A stretch of DNA of 64,000 nt, taken from assembly GCA_051362555.1 (NCBI GenBank), contig CM120642.1, positions 8,370,001-8,434,000 on the forward strand, given 5' to 3'. Under the pieces are notes generated by a model. That model was not told the DNA's origin. It saw nothing but the letters and a program-made list of their open reading frames with translations, and ran no database searches. Below are positions 56,401-64,000 of the stretch, one piece after another. This stretch comes from Lingula anatina (taxonomy: Eukaryota; Animalia; Brachiopoda). Numbering within the stretch: the stretch's first letter is position 1; each line of letters begins with the position of its first letter. A program made the position numbers and the translations under genes.

Positions 56401-56926
56401 GTCCATAACTTTTTTATCAACTTGACAAATACAATTTTAAACAGATGTGACAGCGTTGCAGTGAAATAAACCCCGTTATGGCTTGCCCTAGGATGCCATT
56501 TCAATACATAATGAACGGCTATAAAAGAACTAATGTATTGTTTTGCCACTTATAGTGCCAGGGGGGTCAAAGACCCTAACATCAGAGTTGAAATTGAGTT
56601 GTTATAAAGGGAAGTGTTTTCAAACACCGACTGCTGACACGCACGCATCTCAGACGAATTCAACCTATAAGCATCTTTTGTTTCAACATTTTGTTTATAT
56701 TATGATCGTTATTTTTTATTTATTTTTTATTTATTCATTTTGTAATCTGGCATATTTTGATATCTTAAAATCTATTAAGGTGAGATCAGGAAAATGATGA
56801 CTAACTGGGTTTTTTTTTTTTTTTGGACGACTATCGGGGGCGGGGAGGAGGGCTTGGTCCCCCAACCCACCCCTGCACTTTATAACAACGTCATAAGCGC
56901 AGGAAGCGCTGAACTAAGGAAACATA

Positions 56927-58367
56927 CAGACTTGACATTTAATATGGAATATTTCAGTTTCAAAGGTATGCCTACCTAGTGAAAATGGTTTTTTTTTTCA
57001 AAAATCTCAAATCTCATAATATAAGATATGTAAATGGAGAAGTGTGTATCCAGGTGTGTCGCTACTAAGTACCTGTAAGTGATTACCATGTCTGTAGCAC
57101 TGCTGCATTATGTAATATGCAGTGATTAAATTGGTTAATGCTCCATTGGGCTGGTCAGAGCTTGGATTTGGCAAAAAGTATCCATATGTCGGCAACTACT
57201 GCATAGAATTTGAAATTTTGCATGAAAGCGGTCGGTTTTGCAGAGCGTGAAATGAAATAAGTAAAGTTTCACCGCATTATTAACCTGTGCCAAAATGGCG
57301 CGAAAAAGACAGATTTGACAGACAGATAACTGTGTCACACGGAACTGTCCGTACAGTTTTATAGATTTATGCCCGTTATACCTCGTTAGAACACCAGACT
57401 GGTTATACCTCGTTAGAACACCAGACTGGTTATACCCCGTTAGAACACCAGACTGGTTATACCTCGTTAGAACACCAGACTGGTTATACCCCGTTAGAAC
57501 ACCAGACTGGTTATACCCCGTTAGAACACCAGACTGGTTATACCTCGTTAGAACACCAGACTGGTTATACCCCGTTAGAACACCAGACTGGTTATACCTC
57601 GTTAGAACACCAGACGGCCTCTGATGAAGCCCCTGTAAATAGTGAAACTGTTTCTCTAATGAATTGGTGACCATGACCGTTTCCGGGGAGAACTCTGAAA
57701 CCGAGTGGTTTCTTTTATTGGGGCAGGTTTCACCTGCACTGCTTAGGTAGTCAAAGTAGACTTACATGTGTAACAGATATTCTGAAGAGGCCTACGACGA
57801 AGCGTGTGCCTCGTCTAGAATGACTTGGGTCATTGACAGCATCATGTGGATATCACAATGGTGCTAAAACACAAATGGTAACCTGAACCACATCAAACAC
57901 GGGGATAACCTGGAAACCGCTTGACTACCATTTTATAATATAGGGGGTATCTTAGGAACAATTGTAGGTTGCACGATGAAAACTCCGGTTCACACAGAGC
58001 TTTGTGGGGCATGAAACTCTTTTACAGATGATAATTTGGAAAATATGGAGATTCAAAATATTGCTTTTTATGGTTGTTGTATGACTTAGTATCATTTTTG
58101 GTTCTTTTATTATGTACATTCAATTAAAAAACTGATGAAACAATGACATTAAACCCAGCAAACACATAATATTATTATATGTTTTACCCAAAAAACGTTA
58201 TGCTCCCGTTATGGTAACGTTATAAAACGTTCTGTATTCGCCTGGAAGAGATTATTTAAAGCTATTAAAACGATTTTAATCTTTAATTTCATTTATCAGT
58301 CAGAAAAGTAGGGAAAAACGATGAAAAATGATTTGGAAAAAATATTCCACATTAAATTTCAAGTCTG
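56927..58367 (+). mobile_element. Second, internally deleted copy of the same Tc1-like family
   Basis: Same TIRs (right copy has 2 mismatches), TA flanks, and colinear internal similarity to 13618-15279. Confidence 0.9.
57375..57615. repeat. 27-bp minisatellite (~9 copies) inside the Tc1-like element
   Basis: Unit GTTATACC(T/C)CGTTAGAACACCAGACTG. Confidence 0.97.
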
Positions 58368-60105
58368 TACACCCTCATTTTTTCTGAATGGTTAGCCCTG
58401 TCTTAAATTTTGTTCATATTCGTGCGGGTTACACCACAAGCTTCACATTTTAAGGAAGTACTGATACATCATTAAACACTTTTGAAGATTTCAAGTGATT
58501 TACCTGAAACATCAGACACTCAGTACTGCATGAAAAGGCACTTGAAGATAAAAGATCTACGTGCTCTACATTCCTCTCCATAATCCTTTTTAAATATTTA
58601 AGTACTTTTTGAAAAAGGGAAAAACAAAGACAAAAAGTCATTTCTTCTCATCAGAACTCTTCACACGACAAATGTCAAGCTTAATTTTCTGAGGTAACGG
58701 TAAAATTGCCATTTTAAAGTTATAAAGGAAAGAGTAGCATACACAATACGTGTTTTACGCTTTAGCATGCTCGGTTGATTTCCCGGGCGTTTTCTGTTTA
58801 TCTTTTGTTCAGTATGACTTGAACTGTATTCTCCAAAGAACTCGTGTGCCTTTTACGAATAAAAAATGTGACTGATTTCAAGTATTATCAACATCAAATG
58901 CCATAAAGCTTTATTTCGCTAAAACGTAAAGGGATAACAACCCTTCACATGAGAGTCAAAATTTCCACAACTGTAGTCAGTACATAGAAATATAATAATT
59001 TCAATTTTACCACCAAAATGGCGGTTATTTTTTTCAAAAAATTAATATACGCTCATTCTGCTATAGACTTGCACCGGATTATCTCTGTGACACATCAAAT
59101 CGCTCGATAAGATCTAAGGACCAATTATTATTAAAACCTCAATGTACAAGGTTAAAAACATTTGGAGAAAATTCTTTTGAAAATGTGGTCCCGTATTATT
59201 ATTATTATTATGATTATTATGATTATTATGATTATTATTATCGCAATTATTATTAAATCTGTGCTTGCCTTCGAACCACGTGGACCTTCATAGATCGCTT
59301 CCCTCCGTAATCATCTCTAAAGAGATTATTACAAAAATCACACTTTAAATAACAATTGACTAACTTTGAATGTCGGAAAGGATTCGTTAACCACTGGAAA
59401 TTAGGGAAATTTTGTCGTTTACCCCATTTTTGTGGCACCAAAATAAAGAGTTGTCATCCCTTTAAATGATTTAAATGTCTTAAAAGCCTTTTGTTTTAAT
59501 TGGGCATATTTGTTAAAGAAATCATTAGGTTATATCTGTTAAATGACTACGTGTCATTAACTGAGTGTATTTGACAAAACTGAACAATTGGAGCTCGATT
59601 TTTTAAACTGTTAAAACAGTTAGACAGTTTTAGAAGACACAATAGAGAAATTGGATAAAAATCAACAAAATAAATGTTTTATTTATCATAAAAATCAGAC
59701 TTCTTTTACCCCATCGTAAAAGTGCACCGTAAGAGTGTTTCTTTTTCAGGAAATTATCCTTATTTTATCATAAGGCAGACTGCAGTCTACAGACTCCTGG
59801 CGCTTGTTGTTAATGAAAAATGGAGATAAGAACCTACAAATGCTTTTGATATGTTGTTTCAGGCGATCAAGACAGATTCATACTTAAGTAAATAGCTTAT
59901 GCGGTAACAAATTTCACACTGAAATGCAATTTATTGCAGTTGTCGTTTGTTCTTGTTTCGTGCCAGTACGTAATCTCATTAATATAAGTGAAAAGAAGTT
60001 GTGATTTCTCTCACCAAAAACGCTCAACCTGTGATAAGATCAATTTAAATATCTTTAGCTTCTTTAGAAAAAGAAGGAATACCTTTATAACATGCAACTC
60101 GTTGG

Positions 60106-60115
60106 TATATAAATA
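60106..60115 (+). promoter_or_regulatory. TATA box of the GSY-repeat gene
   Basis: TATATAAATA 70 bp upstream of the ATG. Confidence 0.65.
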
Positions 60116-60175
60116 TACTCGGATTATGAACACGTATCGCACATCCCAAACTATTTTGTCGTGTCACCGTAAACA

Positions 60176-61447
60176 ATGAAGCTGTCCGTGCTGGTGCTCC
60201 TTGCTGTTCTGGCTGCGGCCACTGCTTATAAAGGAAAACCTTACTACCCTTTCCCCGGACGCGGGTATTCCCTACTGGGAAGAAGACGCTCCGGAACCCA
60301 CTATGGCTACGGACAGAGTGGCAAGGCCTACAGTGGTGGGTACAGTGGGGGTTATGGCACCACTCACGGCAAAAGCAGCTCAGGTTATAGCCATGGCGGT
60401 AGTTACGGTAGTGACTCCTACGGCAAAAGCAGCTCAGGCTATGGTCAAGGCAGTAGTTATGGCAGTGACTCCTACGGCAAAAGCAGCTCAGGCTATGGTC
60501 AAGGCAGTAGTTATGGTAGTGACTCCTACGGCAAAAGCAGCTCAGGCTATGGTCAAGGCGGTAGTTATGGTAGTGACTCCTACGGCAAGAGCAGCTCAGG
60601 CTATGGTCAAGGCAGTAGTTATGGCAGTGACTCCTACGGCAAGAGCAGCTCAGGCTATGGCGATAGTTACGGCAGTGACTCCTACGGCAAGAGCAGCTCA
60701 GGCTATGGTCAAAGCAGTAGTTATGGCAGTGACTCCTACGGCAAGAGCAGCTCAGGCTATGGCGATAGTTACGGCAGTGACTCTTACGGCAAGAGCAGCT
60801 CAGGCTATGGTCAAGGCAGTAGTTATGGCAGTGACTCCTACGGCAAGAGCAGCTCAGGCTATGGTCAAGGCAGTAGTTATGGCAGTGACTCCTACGGCAA
60901 GAGCAGCTCAGGCTATGGCGATAGTTACGGCAGTGACTCCTATGGCAAGAGCAGCTCAGGCTATGGCAAGGGCGATAGCTACGGTAGTGACTCCTACGGC
61001 AAGAGCAGCTCAGGCTATAGTCAAGGCAGTAGTTATGGCAGTGACTCCTACGGCAAGAGCAGCTCAGGCTATGGCGATAGTTACGGCAGTGACTCCTACG
61101 GCAAGAGCAGCTCAGGCTATGGCAAGGGCGATAGCTACGGTAGTGACTCCTACGGCAAGAGCAGCTCAGGCTATAGTCAAGGCAGTAGTTATGGCAGTGA
61201 CTCCTACGGCAAGAGCAGCTCAGGCTATGGCGATAGTTACGGCAGTGACTCCTACGGCAAGAGCAGCTCAGGCTATGGCAAGGGCGATAGTTACGGCAGT
61301 GACTCCTACGGCAAGAGCAGCTCAGGCTATGGCAAGGGCGATAGTTACGGCAGTGACTCCTACGGCAAGAGCAGCTCAGGAAGCAGCTACGGCAAATCTT
61401 CGAGTAGTTACGGCACTAAATCCAGCAGCTCATATTACCCATACTAA
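60176..61447 (+). CDS. Secreted Gly/Ser/Tyr-rich tandem-repeat structural protein, 423 aa, single coding exon
   Basis: Signal peptide MKLSVLVLLAVLAAATA; RRR basic site; 19 full 16-18 aa repeats GKSSSGY(GQGSS/GDS/GKGDS)YGSDSY; TATA box upstream; AATAAA at 62073-62078. Confidence 0.92.
   Translation: MKLSVLVLLAVLAAATAYKGKPYYPFPGRGYSLLGRRRSGTHYGYGQSGKAYSGGYSGGYGTTHGKSSSGYSHGGSYGSDSYGKSSSGYGQGSSYGSDSYGKSSSGYGQGSSYGSDSYGKSSSGYGQGGSYGSDSYGKSSSGYGQGSSYGSDSYGKSSSGYGDSYGSDSYGKSSSGYGQSSSYGSDSYGKSSSGYGDSYGSDSYGKSSSGYGQGSSYGSDSYGKSSSGYGQGSSYGSDSYGKSSSGYGDSYGSDSYGKSSSGYGKGDSYGSDSYGKSSSGYSQGSSYGSDSYGKSSSGYGDSYGSDSYGKSSSGYGKGDSYGSDSYGKSSSGYSQGSSYGSDSYGKSSSGYGDSYGSDSYGKSSSGYGKGDSYGSDSYGKSSSGYGKGDSYGSDSYGKSSSGSSYGKSSSSYGTKSSSSYYPY
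60368..61416 (+). repeat. Coding minisatellite, 54/48-bp units
   Basis: Unit GGCAAGAGCAGCTCAGGCTATGGTCAAGGCAGTAGTTATGGCAGTGACTCCTAC and variants, ~19 near-identical copies. Confidence 0.97.
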
Positions 61448-61467
61448 ATGTGCTGAGAAAGGTAAGG

Positions 61468-61530
61468 GAGAGAGAGAGAGGAGAAAGAGGGAGAGAGAGA
61501 GAGAGAGGGGGGAGAGAGTGAGAGAGAGGA
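61468..61530. repeat. Imperfect (GA)n purine tract in the 3'-UTR intron of the GSY gene
   Basis: Near-pure purine run immediately after the donor at 61462. Confidence 0.9.
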
Positions 61531-63217
61531 AGGCAGGCTTTCAAACAAACAGACAGGATGTAAAAGTTGAACTAGTTGTAAAAAAATTTTATTGTGTTCT
61601 GTGGTAACTGTTTTAAAACAGAATATTAAGAGACAAACGTGCATAATGACTTTTATGAACAAGAAATGTCAATAGTTCCAATCAAAAATGAAAGAAAATA
61701 ATTAACATTTTGAAACCAAATTAATCAAAGAGATCCTTATGACTTATAAAGTTCGAAACATTTCATATTTCTTTTTTCTCTTATTTCAGGGCTTGATCAA
61801 ACTGCAGCGGCCGTCGTCATATCTCCGAGACAGCCGTCATTTCTACGTGAAGTATGCGGCTTTCACTTCCGACACTTTTATGATGACTATTATGATTTAC
61901 GTCAAACGATCGTTTTTTACCTCGCATCGATGTGCATAGCAAATTTCTAGAATGAACAGGATATTTCAATTTTATAGACACTATTTGATGTAGTTGGTTA
62001 TTTAATTCCTTTCTACTTCTGCATTAAATATACGTTTTATTATACCTGTACACCATACACCCTTCACCATTGAATAAATGTTGAAAAAAATACTCTTGAT
62101 TATTTGTCGTAATTGCTCATCTTATGCAAAATATATTTCGGAAAATAAGATTCTAGGTTTAATGCTAATTAAAAAAAGGCAGTTTATTCAAGAAGTGTTC
62201 AAAACGTCTGACTTATGACAAATAATATTGAACTAGAATGCCAAACTGCACAGCGTCAAAGAGAGAAACTGGTGTAGATAAGGGCAGAGCATGCACAAAT
62301 AGTAATGAAAATACCAAATCGGATGAATAGAACTAAGACTCATCAAACTTCAAATCGGGAAAATTCAACTAACATTTAAGAAGATTTAATTTGATATAAT
62401 GCAACATGAATTATATTACCTCTGGCAATCAGTCACATTTTCATTCTATCCATTTATTTGTATTATCATTGTCAGACTTTTGACTCAGTAATTTTCACGA
62501 CTTTTAAGTTAAAACCTGCGATGAACAAGACAAACATTGCAATAAGTGTTATCTATAGGAATCTCGCCCTCGTTAATAGAAAGACGCACCACTTTGTGTT
62601 AAAGGGCCTTCAATAAAACTCAAGTTTGCTAGATGTTCCATGAAAGGAAATTTTATAAATCTTATTTGTAAAAAATATGATGTACTATGATATACAAAAT
62701 AACATTAAATGAGATTAAAAAAAAAAAACGAATGTTTTCGTCTACTCGTCTCTCGTTGAAGTACCATGTGAAGCATTGTGCATCTTTGGTCAGGCACATA
62801 AGTTGCGAATATATCCTCTGAAACATCTTTTTGGCATGTAAATTAAAAACGTGTCCAATACCCGAGAATAAATACCCAAAATATATACAATTCACAAAAC
62901 CCACATATGTAATAACCATGCATTCATTCTATAACTGAATTTTCATCGAAACGATTGAATTTTTAAGTGCGCTTATTTCTCCCGTCCTTGCAGCATTGTG
63001 TTATATACTATCTACATATACTATCAAATACTAACAAACTGACCAGGAAAATTTGACCGGAATTCTGATCAGGACCTTGTAACCTTGACATTATGGTCAC
63101 GCCCTCACGAGCACGCGAGAACCACTCGGTCCTGCGAAGATTGCCATTCGTGAGGTCTCCGTCGCTGGGAGTTGCACGGCCGCTGGCGACCTGAACGGGT
63201 GCCCAGAAGGGAAGAAA

Positions 63218-63317
63218 ATGAAGATCGGCAACTTCGATAGCATATCCAGGTGGTTCCCCATCACGGCAGTGATTGTTCTAGGCCTATTGGGTGAGGTCCC
63301 CTCAAGCCATGTTCCTG
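63218..63317 (+). CDS. First coding (signal-peptide) exon of a secreted/membrane protein gene continuing beyond the window
   Basis: MKIGNFDSISRWFPITAVIVLGLLGEVPSSHVP followed by a phase-1 GTAAGT donor (63318). The exon is GC-rich and begins after a polypyrimidine-CAG acceptor at 62993. Confidence 0.55.
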
Positions 63318-64000
63318 GTAAGTCTCGTGGCGAATATAGTGAATGAACGTGTACAGGCGACCTTTATACCCATGTGCCCAGAAGGAGCACCTCTTCTTTC
63401 TACAGAGAGCCTGCCTATTTACTGAGAATTTAACTGTCCTTTCGGCACATTGATCTTTGCCTCAGTTTTTTGGCCTCACATGCTACCATGTAGGTACAGG
63501 TACAATGTACTTTTACCCTGTAAGTAATGTATGTCCGCAACAGCAACATTACTATCTTCAATGTCTTTGATAAACAGAAATGCTTTGATAGATAATACTG
63601 TTTAGATTTTATGTATAAATGCAAAGTGTAGATCTGCACTTGGAACTGGCTATAAAATCCTTTATCCCCTTCGCGCACAGCATTACTCATTGCCTTACTT
63701 TGACCAAGATCTTTTAAAATGAGATAAATTAATGCCGTTACACCCTTTTAAATGTGTCATGCCATCAAGCGTGCACTTTTCAGTAATATACCTCGGGCAT
63801 ACATTATAAATAATTGCGAATTATACAACACCGCCCGAAGATCAGAATCAAAATGTTGAATAGCTACCACTAGATCTTAATCAAGATTTGAATAGTTGTA
63901 CATTCTATACAGTATATTGAAATTTTATGTAGGTGATGTGTTATTAAGTATTATCTTTTATAAGTATTTTTGTTTATCAACAATTTTATACGTCATTTCA

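Noticed and set aside
57135-57674. 179-aa minus-strand ORF with YNQSGVLT(R/G) repeats
   Set aside because: By-product of the 27-bp minisatellite (a multiple of 3) within a decayed transposon.
60368-61416. CRISPR-like appearance of the regular repeats (also 57375-57615)
   Set aside because: No unique spacers and no cas genes; the context is eukaryotic and these are plain tandem repeats.
60201-61607. 468-aa Ala/Val/Thr-rich ORF (AVTPTARAAQAM repeats) overlapping the GSY gene
   Set aside because: Shadow frame of a stop-free tandem repeat. It starts at a non-ATG codon, has no signal peptide, and runs into the GA tract/intron; the other frame has the ATG, signal peptide and TATA context.

Overview
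AT-rich eukaryotic genomic DNA with GT-AG introns, microsatellites and MITEs, from an invertebrate animal (species cannot be fixed from the sequence alone). Gene models were spliced by hand and checked for reading frame. In order: two convergent six-coding-exon otopetrin paralogs (+ 1261-17232; - 26003-20160); an intronless opsin-like class A GPCR (28472-29446); a single-exon RING/TRAF-type zinc-finger gene with two tandem copies of an unusual Cys motif (- strand); a cytosolic sulfotransferase; an FMO5-like monooxygenase; MVB12 (ESCRT-I); a secreted Gly/Ser/Tyr tandem-repeat protein; and a signal-peptide exon of a gene running off the right end. There are also two decayed Tc1-like elements and several MITEs. 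Four observations stand out. (1) Both otopetrins have replaced the normally conserved TM6 Glu and TM12 His. (2) The opsin-like GPCR has its TM7 Lys displaced by two residues from the retinal-binding position. (3) The RING protein has an unnamed duplicated Cys-rich domain. (4) The GSY repeat protein resembles DOPA/phosphoserine structural or adhesive proteins.
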